From contig CAXRHT010000003.1 in the NCBI GenBank assembly GCA_964230645.1, positions 384,001 through 448,000 on the forward strand: a stretch of 64,000 nucleotides of DNA, written 5' to 3'. This document shows positions 28,375-38,050 of this stretch, piece after piece. This DNA comes from Bdellovibrionales bacterium. Its GTDB lineage: Bacteria; Bdellovibrionota; Bdellovibrionia; Bdellovibrionales; JAGQZY01. The position numbers and the translations under genes were made by a program. Under the pieces are notes generated by a model that saw only the letters and a list, made by a program, of their open reading frames with translations, was not told the DNA's origin and did no database searches. Within the stretch, counting starts at the first letter, position 1, and each line of letters starts with the position of its first letter.

Positions 28375-31062
28375 ATGGACATGTCTGAACAATTAAGTGA
28401 TCGATACAATCCGCAGGAAGTTGAAACTCGAATCTATCAAGATTGGGAGGAGAAGGGCTATTTTAAGGCTGAGGATCAGTCCACTAAGCCTCCTTTCTCA
28501 GTGATTTTACCTCCTCCAAACGTCACGGGCTTTCTCCATATGGGTCATGCTCTGGATCACACCATCCAAGATGTTCTTGTACGTTGGAAGCGGATGTCGG
28601 GATTTAATACTTTGTGGCTTCCTGGTTCCGATCATGCGGGGATTGCCACCCAGGCGGTGGTTGAAAAAGATCTCCGTAAAGAAGGCAAAGACCGTTTAGA
28701 AATGGGGCGCGAGGCCTTTCTTGATGAAGTTTGGAAGTGGAAAAAAACCTATGGGGATCGCATCTACTCCCAGATGAAACGTCTTGGTGACTCTGTGGAT
28801 TGGGACCGTGAGGTTTTCACTCTCGATGAAGGAGTTTCCCAGGCCGTTCGCAAAGTCTTTGTTCACCTTTACAAAAAGGGTTGGCTTTATCAGGGTGAAA
28901 AATTGGTGAACTGGTCTCCCCCTTTACAGTCGGCGATTTCCGATTTGGAAGTGGTTCATAAAGACACCAAAGGTCAGCTTTATCACCTCGCTTATTCTAT
29001 CGAGGACAGTGATGAAAAAATAATTATCGCCACCACAAGACCTGAAACTTATTTAGGTGATGCTTGCGTCTGTGTGCATCCTCAAGACGAGCGCTATAAG
29101 AATCTCATTGGTAAGAATGTTGTTTTACCGATCATTGATCGCAAAATACCTATAATTGCTGACGAGTATGTTGATAAAGAGTTTGGAACGGGAGCTTTAA
29201 AAGTAACTCCGGCCCATGACTTTAATGATTATGAGTTAGGTAAAAAACACAATCTCGAATTTATTAATATTCTCAACGTCGATGGGACTCTTAATGAAAA
29301 TGGCCGGCCTTATCAGGGACTCAAAGCTCAAGAGGCTCGCAAACAAGTGGTCAAAGATCTTGAGGAAAAAGGTTTTCTTATTAAAACTGAACCTCACCAG
29401 CACGCTGTGGGTTACTGTGATCGAACAGGAGCTGTGGTTGAACCTTATTTAAGTAAACAATGGTTTGTGAAAACAAAAGATATATCAACTCCCGCTCGTC
29501 ATGTTGTTAGCAATGAAACCATTAAGTTTGTTCCTGAGCAGTGGACTAAAACATACATTCATTGGATGAATATTATCGAAGACTGGTGTGTTTCTCGTCA
29601 GCTGTGGTGGGGGCACCGTATTCCAGCCTGGTATTGCGATGACTGTGAAGGTGTCACTGTTGCGGAGGAAGACCCTTCTTCTTGTGAGTCTTGTGGGAGT
29701 AAAAAAATTCATCAGGATGAAGACGTTCTTGATACTTGGTTTAGCTCAGGTCTTTGGCCTTTTAGCACCCTTGGGTGGCCTGAAGAAACAGAGGCTCTGA
29801 AAACTTTTTACCCAACCTCTGTCCTCGTGACCGGTCATGATATTATCTTCTTTTGGGTGGCTCGTATGATCATGATGGGCCTTGAAATAAAAGGGGATGT
29901 CCCGTTTAGGCAAGTCTATATTCATGGACTTATCCGCGACAGCCAAGGCCGAAAGATGTCGAAGTCCCTTGGTAATTCTATTGATCCGGTTGAAATGATC
30001 GAACAGTATGGAGCGGACGCTCTTCGCTTTACACTGATGGCGCAAATGGCTACAGGGAAAGATTTGAAATTTTCTCTTCAACGTCTTGAAGGTTATCGAA
30101 ACTTTATGAACAAGGTGTGGAATGCCACGCGCTTTAGTCTTTCTAATATGGAAAGCTTTGAAGCCCCTAAAGAGGGTGTTGATGCCGTTGTGCCCGTTAC
30201 AGACCTTACAACCGCTGATCAGTGGTTAATTTACCAAACAGGCCTTGTGGAAAAAGAGGTCAATGAGTCCCTTGAGGATATGAGGTTTTCCGATGCAGCC
30301 AACCGCATTTATTCTTTTGTTTGGCACGAGTTCTGTGACTGGTACCTGGAGTTTTCAAAGCCCATTCTTTACGGTAAAGATGAAAACCAGAAAGCTGTCA
30401 CTCAACTTGTTTTGGCTCAGACACTCAATCGAATTGTTAGACTTCTGCATCCCTTTGCTCCTTTTATTACCGAGGAAATTTATTCGAAACTTCCCATTCG
30501 AAACGAAGCCTGTATTGTTGATGAGTTCCCTGAGTTTGAACGCGATCAAAAGTGGCTCGCACTTGGTAACGAGGAAGCCTCTTTTGAAATGGAGTTAGTG
30601 AAATCAGTGATCACAGCCATTCGAAACATCCGAGGGGAGAATAGAATTAAACCCTCTGAGAAAATTGCTGTGTGGCTTACTCCTCAAGATGATCGCTCTC
30701 AAAAAATTCTTGGTAACAATAAATCAGAAATAATGAGACTAGCCTCACTTGAAAGCTGTAAGATTGAAAAACGCGATAGCCTCAGCAAATGTGCTGTCAC
30801 ACCGATTCGCATGGATAATTCAGTGATCGATGTGGTGATTCCCTTGGAGGGATTGGTTGACCTTGAAAAAGAGGTGGATCGTCTGAATAAGCAGATAGAA
30901 AAGCAGCAAAAAGATATCAAGAAACTTCAAGGCAAACTCAGTAACGAAAAGTTCGTGGCGAATGCGCCAGAAGACGTCGTGGAAGCGGATAAACAATTGC
31001 TTTCCACTCTTATCGCGCAAGTGGATGAAATGAGAACGGCATTAACAAGGCTGTCCTCCTAA
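28375..31062 (+). CDS. valS: Valine--tRNA ligase
   Basis: PPPNVTGFLHMGH, DWCVSRQLWWGH, KMSKS, C-terminal coiled-coil arm; true start may be ATG 28381. Confidence 0.98.
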   Translation: MDMSEQLSDRYNPQEVETRIYQDWEEKGYFKAEDQSTKPPFSVILPPPNVTGFLHMGHALDHTIQDVLVRWKRMSGFNTLWLPGSDHAGIATQAVVEKDLRKEGKDRLEMGREAFLDEVWKWKKTYGDRIYSQMKRLGDSVDWDREVFTLDEGVSQAVRKVFVHLYKKGWLYQGEKLVNWSPPLQSAISDLEVVHKDTKGQLYHLAYSIEDSDEKIIIATTRPETYLGDACVCVHPQDERYKNLIGKNVVLPIIDRKIPIIADEYVDKEFGTGALKVTPAHDFNDYELGKKHNLEFINILNVDGTLNENGRPYQGLKAQEARKQVVKDLEEKGFLIKTEPHQHAVGYCDRTGAVVEPYLSKQWFVKTKDISTPARHVVSNETIKFVPEQWTKTYIHWMNIIEDWCVSRQLWWGHRIPAWYCDDCEGVTVAEEDPSSCESCGSKKIHQDEDVLDTWFSSGLWPFSTLGWPEETEALKTFYPTSVLVTGHDIIFFWVARMIMMGLEIKGDVPFRQVYIHGLIRDSQGRKMSKSLGNSIDPVEMIEQYGADALRFTLMAQMATGKDLKFSLQRLEGYRNFMNKVWNATRFSLSNMESFEAPKEGVDAVVPVTDLTTADQWLIYQTGLVEKEVNESLEDMRFSDAANRIYSFVWHEFCDWYLEFSKPILYGKDENQKAVTQLVLAQTLNRIVRLLHPFAPFITEEIYSKLPIRNEACIVDEFPEFERDQKWLALGNEEASFEMELVKSVITAIRNIRGENRIKPSEKIAVWLTPQDDRSQKILGNNKSEIMRLASLESCKIEKRDSLSKCAVTPIRMDNSVIDVVIPLEGLVDLEKEVDRLNKQIEKQQKDIKKLQGKLSNEKFVANAPEDVVEADKQLLSTLIAQVDEMRTALTRLSS

Positions 31063-31068
31063 ACTTTT

Positions 31069-31923
31069 TTACTGGCAGCTCCATAAGGACTGTGGGTCCA
31101 CACGGCGGCCGCGGATAATCGCTTCCAAATGAACGTGGGGAATCATGCCACGCACATTGGCGTTGCCTGTGTTTCCAACTTTTCCGACCTGAGTTCCGAT
31201 GCCCACGCGTGTGTTATGACCAACGCGTGTGTTAGCTTGCAAGTGCATCATGGTGAACCGGTCTCCATTGTCACAGGTGATCTCAATGAGATTTCCTGCA
31301 GCACCCACATAACCGGAGCGGGTCACTCGTCCTACACAAGGGGATTTTAATGGAGTACCTATAGGTGCTCTGTAGTCACAACCATTGTGTCTTCGACTGC
31401 CGCCTCCTCGGGAGGCCCCGTAAGCACCCTGTCCATAGCGATCATTTCTAATGCCGAGACAACGATCTAGTACGAACCTATGTTGATTGTTACCTCTTGG
31501 AGCCACTGATCCAGAATTGTCAGGAGTGGGTGCTGAGGGAGGATTTCTATAACCGTAATTTCTCATTGAGGCACATTGCCCTGTTCCCAGCGCTCTAAGC
31601 TCTGATTGATTAAAAGCTCCCTGGTGCACCCAACCTTCGCGATTGGGGCAGTTGGGGTGTCCGATACGAACCCAGTTTCCAGAAATTCCTAATGCCAGAA
31701 CATTGCTCATACCACTGGATCTCAGGGTTCCACCACAAATACCTCTATGCTTTTCTCGACCACTTGAGGTGGGGCGTCTTCTGATAATAAAATTTGAATT
31801 TTGAACATCGATATTACAAGCGTGTTCAGAGATGACTTCATCGCGAGGTGTTCGAGTGACCTCAGCATTAGCGCCCGAATAAAATAAGAAGATAAGAAGA
31901 ACGGAAAGGAAACTAATTTTCAT
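31069..31923 (-). CDS. Secreted M23 family peptidase with N-terminal SH3-like region
   Basis: Signal peptide; HNGCD (HxxxD), GNTGN, PHVHLE (HxH), VDP motifs. Confidence 0.85.
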   Translation of the reverse strand: MKISFLSVLLIFLFYSGANAEVTRTPRDEVISEHACNIDVQNSNFIIRRRPTSSGREKHRGICGGTLRSSGMSNVLALGISGNWVRIGHPNCPNREGWVHQGAFNQSELRALGTGQCASMRNYGYRNPPSAPTPDNSGSVAPRGNNQHRFVLDRCLGIRNDRYGQGAYGASRGGGSRRHNGCDYRAPIGTPLKSPCVGRVTRSGYVGAAGNLIEITCDNGDRFTMMHLQANTRVGHNTRVGIGTQVGKVGNTGNANVRGMIPHVHLEAIIRGRRVDPQSLWSCQ

Positions 31924-32453
31924 TGAGTCCCTCCAATCTTACCGTTGCTATCGGAAACTAAAAGCGAATCGGAGAATCGAATTTTTGATCCCTTCCGTCG
32001 AATGGGGTCAACACCATTGAATTTATATTTTTCATAGAGATCGGTATGAGACCACACCACTTTGCCATCTTTTTTGTTGAGCTTCCAAACACTGCCAACG
32101 GCTCCTAGATAAACATGGTCTTTTTCAATGAGGGGGATAGAAGGGTTGAATGATTTGAGGTCCTTTTTCCAAAGGACTCGGCAATTCTCATTGAGAGCGT
32201 AGATAAAAGTTGTTCCAGAGTTGTGATCGGCCAGCTCAACAGTGACAATATTAAAATCTTTCTCACCGTAAATATTGGGACGTTTCTCAACCTCCAGGTC
32301 CTTTTCTAAGCTAAGGCGAACTTTACTGGTGGCTTTGTTGCATCGAAAGTTTAGCTCTTTACTTTTTTTATTATACCTGGCCGAGAGAACCTGGGCTTGT
32401 GAATTTGAGCTAAACAAGAATATGGCTATTAAAATAAAAAGATATTGCTTCAT
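31920..32453 (-). CDS. Secreted protein with PQQ-like beta-propeller repeats
   Basis: Signal peptide from ATG 32453; IYALN..LWK and LNKKDGKVVW repeats; ATGA overlap with the M23 gene. Confidence 0.55.
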   Translation of the reverse strand: MKQYLFILIAIFLFSSNSQAQVLSARYNKKSKELNFRCNKATSKVRLSLEKDLEVEKRPNIYGEKDFNIVTVELADHNSGTTFIYALNENCRVLWKKDLKSFNPSIPLIEKDHVYLGAVGSVWKLNKKDGKVVWSHTDLYEKYKFNGVDPIRRKGSKIRFSDSLLVSDSNGKIGGTQ

Positions 32454-32714
32454 AACTATAAGAATACGGTGAAATAAGGCGTGGAACCAGGCGCACACAA
32501 ACGATCAAGACCTTCGCCACAAGTGCCAAGCACTCGCTCCTGAAGTCTTAGTCAAAGGTCTATGAAGGCTCTCAATTTAAAGAACGTTTGTTAGATTTTT
32601 ATTTAAAAAAAGGAAGAGAGATCAGCCTCTATAGGTAGAGGCACGTAGGTACAAAGATCCAGTTCAAGCTCTGGAAATTCGACCATTCTGTGAGAAAAAA
32701 GGTATTCTTTAACT

Positions 32715-34136
32715 ATGAAAAAGCCTCAACATTTACTAATTATTTTGTCCTTGGTGTTAATGGGATTTGCTTTAGAAGCAAAGCCACCCACCTTTGTGAG
32801 TCTATATAAGAAAAGCCTCAAGCAAAGTAAAAAACGAAAAGAGATCTATCTCAATATAATGAATCAATTTTTAATCGATCTTGAATCAAAAGAGGGCAAC
32901 AAAAAGTCTAAACACTCTCTATACAATTTAGATTGGCTCTTCAAGCCGGCTTACGCCCAGAACACTCAAGCCTGTGTGAACGTTGGATACATTGCTCAGG
33001 TGGCTAGTTGTGACCGATCCAATCAGTGGTCCTTTGATGTGACTCAGACGGAGGCTTACCGTGAGCTTTTAGCCGCTGGATTTCAAAACAATTGTCAAAG
33101 TGGCACACAACCCTGTGCTCTAGTCACGGGTACGACACCTTCTTGTGAGTTAACCTGTTCAAACAATTCAACGACCCAGTGTTACTCTCAAGGAGACCGC
33201 CAGCATGTGATGAGTATGCTTTCTGAATGCGAAAACTCAGAGAATGTCGCTTGTGGAAATCGTTCAATTCAGTGTGCAGCCATGGGTCGATATTTCGTGG
33301 AGCAAATGAGCGGCTTTGATCAGTGGTGTGATAATGCTGCCACGGGCGTTAGAAATTTATGTCATGGAACGCGTTCACGAGTCCAAGCGCTTTTTGCCGG
33401 GCAGCTCTCTGATGAGAGTGGCCCCCAAAGTGAAGAGCCACTTAATGCCGACAATAACAATGTGTTGCTCATTGGAGACTCCCATCTTTCCTGTACCAAC
33501 TATGCCCAAGAATTGTCTCAATGCTTGCGCAATCAAAATATGGACCCACTTCTTTTAGCACGCGGAAGTGCAGCCCCCAGTCACTGGTCGCAAGGTCGTT
33601 TTCAAGGGCTTCACAATTTATGCGGTTACGATGAGGAAGGAAATCGATTGGGGCCCAGTTCCCCTCAAAACTCGTGGAGTCTTTTTAACGCCATTGAAAA
33701 TCATCAGGCGGGTACTGTGGTTTTTAATCTCGGCGATAATGTTATGAGAAGTGGCGAAGAGGCGATCCGAAGGCAATTTGATGATATGTTGCGAGTGGCT
33801 CGTAACGCCAATCCCGATGTAAAATGCGTGCTGGTAACACCAACTTTACCAACGGCCCCTGGTGGTGGTGGGTACAATAAAACAGTCACTCATGCGAGAA
33901 CCACTCGATCTGCTATACAAAGTGTGGGCGAAAGATACGGTTGTCGAGTGATCGATGGAATTGAAGCTTTACGTGATCGCTCCTCAGGCTCTCATCTTAG
34001 TGGTGGAGATGGCGTTCATCTTTCCTCCAGCGACTCTCGTTTGCTTGGGCAAAGAGTCTGTGCTCAGCTTGAGAGTCTTTTAAGGGAAAGAGCCAATCCG
34101 CCAGGTGGCGAGAACGACTCCTCCTCTGTTTTATAA
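32715..34136 (+). CDS. Secreted Cys-rich protein with C-terminal SGNH/GDSL hydrolase domain
   Basis: LLIGDSH (block I), NLGDN (block III), DGVH (block V); signal peptide. Confidence 0.8.
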   Translation: MKKPQHLLIILSLVLMGFALEAKPPTFVSLYKKSLKQSKKRKEIYLNIMNQFLIDLESKEGNKKSKHSLYNLDWLFKPAYAQNTQACVNVGYIAQVASCDRSNQWSFDVTQTEAYRELLAAGFQNNCQSGTQPCALVTGTTPSCELTCSNNSTTQCYSQGDRQHVMSMLSECENSENVACGNRSIQCAAMGRYFVEQMSGFDQWCDNAATGVRNLCHGTRSRVQALFAGQLSDESGPQSEEPLNADNNNVLLIGDSHLSCTNYAQELSQCLRNQNMDPLLLARGSAAPSHWSQGRFQGLHNLCGYDEEGNRLGPSSPQNSWSLFNAIENHQAGTVVFNLGDNVMRSGEEAIRRQFDDMLRVARNANPDVKCVLVTPTLPTAPGGGGYNKTVTHARTTRSAIQSVGERYGCRVIDGIEALRDRSSGSHLSGGDGVHLSSSDSRLLGQRVCAQLESLLRERANPPGGENDSSSVL

Positions 34137-34387
34137 GCCAACCACAACATATTAATTAAGATCTTCTAAAGACACGGAACTATGGGTCTGGGTTTCCTAG
34201 CCCCGGGCCTGGTGTCCTATTCCACCACTGTCTCTTCATAAGTCACAGCGAGTCTCCATTTAATCCAATAATATCAATGGCCTATACCCATCCCATTTAG
34301 TATATACTTTTGTGCTTGAAATACATAATAGTATATATTAGGGTATAAAGAGTGGAAAGGTTGATATACAAAACAAAGGAGAACAAA

Positions 34388-34789
34388 ATGAACCAAACCC
34401 GATCCCCGAAACTTTACTCTCAGCCCTGGACTCGGTCTGAAGATGGGTGGATTGCCGGAGTCTGTGAAGGCATTGGCCGGCAATTGGATGTAAACCCAGG
34501 CTTGATTCGTCTTTTTTGGCTGGGAAGTGTTTTATTTTTTGGAGTGGGATTTTTGCTCTATTTTATTTTTGCTTTCTGCCTTCCCGTTGAAGGAAACGAG
34601 GAGCAAGCCAGAAACTCTCGTTTCCTTGGTGTTTGCTCAAGACTCGCTGAGAAGACTGAAATTGATTTGGGACTGATCAGAGTGGCAACGGTCATCATTG
34701 CTTTAAGTTCTTTTGGAGCCACTTTGATTTTTTATCTCTTGCTCCATTTTCTTTTGGAAAAAGAGCCCACTAACAAACCGAATTATTAA
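34388..34789 (+). CDS. pspC: PspC-domain protein (two PspC repeats)
   Basis: RSEDGWIAGVCEGIG...LIR and FLGVCSRLA...LIR; AAGGAG RBS before ATG 34388. Confidence 0.85.
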   Translation: MNQTRSPKLYSQPWTRSEDGWIAGVCEGIGRQLDVNPGLIRLFWLGSVLFFGVGFLLYFIFAFCLPVEGNEEQARNSRFLGVCSRLAEKTEIDLGLIRVATVIIALSSFGATLIFYLLLHFLLEKEPTNKPNY

Positions 34790-34804
34790 TAAAGGAGACA
34801 AGTA

Positions 34805-35521
34805 ATGAATATATTTGATCGAATCACTAATAAATTAGGAGCGTTTTTTCGTAGTCTTTTTTCGAGTCAGGAGGAAAGCTTTTCGCCGGAGAAAACCATC
34901 CTGAAGCAACGGGCGAGCCAGAAACGTTTGAAAGAAAGTCTTACAGAGCTCGTTTTTCAGAGAAAAAAATTGGAAGCCCAAATTAAGAAGCTTGATGAGA
35001 AAGTCTTGGGACTCAACGAAGACTTAGAGATGGCTGCGATGAGCGACAAAGATCAGCTAGCCCTCCATCTTATGGAAGAGCTGGAAATGACTCAGTTGGA
35101 GCTTAAGGAAACTCACACCAATTTGGACTTGGTCACTAAAGAGATTCGCTCGGGGAAACAACTAGAAGTTGAACTCTCTCAGCAAATCAAAAAGTCAGAA
35201 TCACAGTTGGCAGTTTTGGCTTCAAGAAGTCAGTCGGTCAAAATGCGAAAAGATTTGCAGAACCAGTTTACAAAAATCCAAAGTGAGATGTCCTATTTAC
35301 AGCCAGGGCTTTCCGATATTGAGGAAAATATCCTCAAGGTCGAAGCGCAGCTTGAATCTCTTAGAGGCGATCAGGACAGTTGGAAAGATGAAGTCAGCGA
35401 GATGAGAAAGCAGCGTCGAGACCGCAGCCGTGAAGTTCAGCTTCAACAACTGAAAACTAAGTTAAAAGGTAAATCTCTTCCTGGAAGAGTCATCATTCCT
35501 GATCTTGTGACTACCACTTAA
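34805..35521 (+). CDS. PspA/IM30-like coiled-coil protein
   Basis: Amphipathic N-terminus MNIFDRI, long coiled coil, DQLA motif, terminal LQQLK; directly follows pspC. Confidence 0.7.
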   Translation: MNIFDRITNKLGAFFRSLFSSQEESFSPEKTILKQRASQKRLKESLTELVFQRKKLEAQIKKLDEKVLGLNEDLEMAAMSDKDQLALHLMEELEMTQLELKETHTNLDLVTKEIRSGKQLEVELSQQIKKSESQLAVLASRSQSVKMRKDLQNQFTKIQSEMSYLQPGLSDIEENILKVEAQLESLRGDQDSWKDEVSEMRKQRRDRSREVQLQQLKTKLKGKSLPGRVIIPDLVTTT

Positions 35522-35547
35522 ATTTATTAACTAAGAAAGGATAAAAA

Positions 35548-36051
35548 ATGTCGAGAAAAAAATTAAGAGATCTGATGGTGGTTTTCTTTGCCGGACTCTT
35601 TGTGATGACCTTTGAACCTGTTTTCATGTGGTTGATGATCGGAGGTCTGATCCTAATGCAAACGGACTCTTCAAAGAAAGAGAAAACCAAATCAGAGCCC
35701 ATCACACACCTAATTGGTCGAGATGCGAGAAGCCATGGATTAGAGATGCCCAGAACCCCTCAGGTGAGAGGCCTCCTGATCCGTCTTTACCGTAAGCTTG
35801 AAAAGTCCTCCAACCAGTACCCTCAGTTCAAGGATGAGTATCAAGGAATCGTTGATGAAATGTGGAACACTCTTGCGGAAAACCAAAACCGAGATTACTG
35901 GGTGGATGTGATAACATCAGTCCTTTCCAGTTGGCCCGATTCTAAAAAATCGGGGATCGAGTCAGTAAAAGCTCAGATCTCGCGGGTCAACGAAATGACT
36001 AGTCAGTGGGACGAGGCTCAGCGCGAAGTCGGAGGAGGTCTTCATGTTTAG
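35548..36051 (+). CDS. Hypothetical membrane protein in the psp-like operon
   Basis: N-terminal hydrophobic hairpin, helical soluble C-terminus, RBS present. Confidence 0.7.
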   Translation: MSRKKLRDLMVVFFAGLFVMTFEPVFMWLMIGGLILMQTDSSKKEKTKSEPITHLIGRDARSHGLEMPRTPQVRGLLIRLYRKLEKSSNQYPQFKDEYQGIVDEMWNTLAENQNRDYWVDVITSVLSSWPDSKKSGIESVKAQISRVNEMTSQWDEAQREVGGGLHV

Positions 36052-36847
36052 AAGAAAATGGGAAGAATTCGAAAACCAAATTCAATCGCAAGTGGCGGAG
36101 TGGAGAGACGAATTTTTTGAAAGAGTGAGTCCACAGAAAGAGAAAGTGGAAGAGTTTTTCTCTAAAGACTCTGAAAGTTTCCAAGAGAAGAAAGCTGAGT
36201 TTCGCCAGTGGGGTGAGAAGTATGTGGCCGAACTTAAAAGAAAGTCAGAAAGTCCCAAGCTCCTTAAAGCCAAGGAAGACTTTTTTGTTCTGCTAAGAAA
36301 TCTGGGAATCAATGATGAACTGCTGAGGCAAACCTTCAACCAAAATCGTAAGGAACTTCTTGATCCCATTGTGGGAGAAACCATTGCGATTATCTCTCTT
36401 ATTCTTGGTTGGAAAGAAAAAGACAAGGAAGCTTTCTCGCAATCCATTGGAGAAATCGGAGTGGCTGGAGTTTTTGCAGCAAAACCCTTTATATGTCTGA
36501 TCGCAATTTGTGGTTTAGCCTGGGGTTATCAAGAAAACTTCCATGGAGAGGCCTTCAAGAAAGGAGGCGTCTTAGGTCTTACGGGCTTTTTGGCCGCAGC
36601 ACTTTCCCCAGGTGGATTTGTGGGACTTCTCGCAGCGATCGTTACGATGGTTTATTTTAATAAAAAGTTAAAAGTGGATCGCCCTATAGAAACTCAGTTA
36701 AAAGAGATCTTTCAGGAAATCAAAAGTGGGGGATTTTTTAATGAAGTCAGACAGGCATGGAAGGGCTTTGAAGATTTTCTTTCCAAGATTCTGATCAAAA
36801 AAGATCAGCCCATCCCTCCCCATCATCCAGGGCCCTTGTCATCCTGA
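36044..36847 (+). CDS. Hypothetical membrane protein in the psp-like operon
   Basis: Charged helical N-terminus and Gly-rich hydrophobic segments; overlaps the previous gene; stop codon supplied by the first repeat unit. Confidence 0.7.
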   Translation: MFRRKWEEFENQIQSQVAEWRDEFFERVSPQKEKVEEFFSKDSESFQEKKAEFRQWGEKYVAELKRKSESPKLLKAKEDFFVLLRNLGINDELLRQTFNQNRKELLDPIVGETIAIISLILGWKEKDKEAFSQSIGEIGVAGVFAAKPFICLIAICGLAWGYQENFHGEAFKKGGVLGLTGFLAAALSPGGFVGLLAAIVTMVYFNKKLKVDRPIETQLKEIFQEIKSGGFFNEVRQAWKGFEDFLSKILIKKDQPIPPHHPGPLSS

Positions 36848-37151
36848 GACAAAGTCCTTTTCTCTTGTCATCCGGAAGCACAGTCCTTTTCCGTTGTCAT
36901 CCTGAAGCAAAATCCATTTCCGTTGTCATCCTGAGGCGAAATCCATTTCCGTTGTCATCCTGAGGCGTAGCCGAAGGATCTTTAGCGATCGAGCTGAGAT
37001 CCTTCGCTATCGCTCAAAATGACATCGCGAAAGTAGTCCCGATCTCCGGTAGAAAAAAGATCTCTGGTTAATTATGTTGTTTCCGTTGAAAGATCCTTCG
37101 GCTACGCCTCAGGATGACAAGGCTTCAGGACGACAAGGCTTCAGGACGACA
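36836..37151. repeat. Composite REP-like element, copy 2, with a 29-bp tandem array and 16-bp tail repeats
   Basis: TTGTCATCC units at 36836, 36865, 36894, 36923 and 36952; right arms at 36997-37023 and 37091-37120; perfect 32-bp inverted repeat 36952-36983/37089-37120; GGCTTCAGGACGACA(A) twice. Confidence 0.92.
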
Positions 37152-37198
37152 GAAAAAAGAGACTTGCTGCTCACGTCATTCTTCGCTTTAATGCAGGT

Positions 37199-38050
37199 AT
37201 GAAATTAAATTGGATTTTATTACTAGTGACCCTAGTGGGTTGTCGATGGGCTTTAGCCACTCACCCTCCTGTAGCTGAAGAGGGACCTCTTGGATGGCAG
37301 GTGGGTTTGCAAAAACAATTGCTGACAAGTGAGCTTAACGCCAACCCGGTCGATCTTGATGACGGCGATATTCAACCTCCTTTCCTCACGTTGAGAGGAT
37401 CGTATCAGCCTAACTATAAAGCTATTTTTCAACCGGATATCCATCTCGGCGTTTCTGCCATGGAAAATTCGGGCTTTCATATTTATCTATCTGGTGGTGG
37501 TTGGTTTGATTTTGAAAAGTTTCATCTCTTTTTCGGAGGAGAGGTTGTAATAACCAGTTTTGAAGACGATATCGATTCCTCCGCGTTTGCCTCCACTTTG
37601 CAAGGGGGCTATATAAAAGCGGGTCTCCCATTGGGGAGGTTCTATCCTGTTTTTGAAGTGCGTTTTCGGGAGCTTGGAAATGCTGATCTCTCGCAAAGGG
37701 AGGGTCTGACGACCCAGCTTGGACACTCCACCGATAGAATTTATCGGGCCCATCTTAATGTCGAACTTCAAGGTGTGGATTTATGGTCCGCTCTCACTCT
37801 TTATAGCGTGGGTGAAACAGCGATTGCCTCTGATGGATTCGCTATTGGAATTGAGGAGAAAACCTATCCCATTTATTCCATTGGCGGAGGCGCTGATCTT
37901 GAAGCCATTGGTGCAAAGATGTGGCTAAAGTATCATGTGATCACAGGTATTGAGGATGAAACCGCCTTTTACTACCAAGTCCCACAAATATATCCTGATT
38001 TTTTACCAGCCAAACAATCGGCTGTGGTGGAGCTACTATGGAATTTTTAA
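37199..38050 (+). CDS. Probable outer-membrane beta-barrel protein
   Basis: Signal peptide, alternating amphipathic strands, C-terminal ELLWNF. Confidence 0.55.
   Translation: MKLNWILLLVTLVGCRWALATHPPVAEEGPLGWQVGLQKQLLTSELNANPVDLDDGDIQPPFLTLRGSYQPNYKAIFQPDIHLGVSAMENSGFHIYLSGGGWFDFEKFHLFFGGEVVITSFEDDIDSSAFASTLQGGYIKAGLPLGRFYPVFEVRFRELGNADLSQREGLTTQLGHSTDRIYRAHLNVELQGVDLWSALTLYSVGETAIASDGFAIGIEEKTYPIYSIGGGADLEAIGAKMWLKYHVITGIEDETAFYYQVPQIYPDFLPAKQSAVVELLWNF

Noticed and set aside
36836..36983. Possible CRISPR array
   Set aside because: The period is only 29 nt, the segments between conserved heads are related to each other rather than unique spacers, and no cas genes are present
36952..37120. 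Insertion sequence with 32-bp terminal inverted repeats
   Set aside because: No transposase ORF or clear target-site duplication; the arms belong to the dispersed REP-like family
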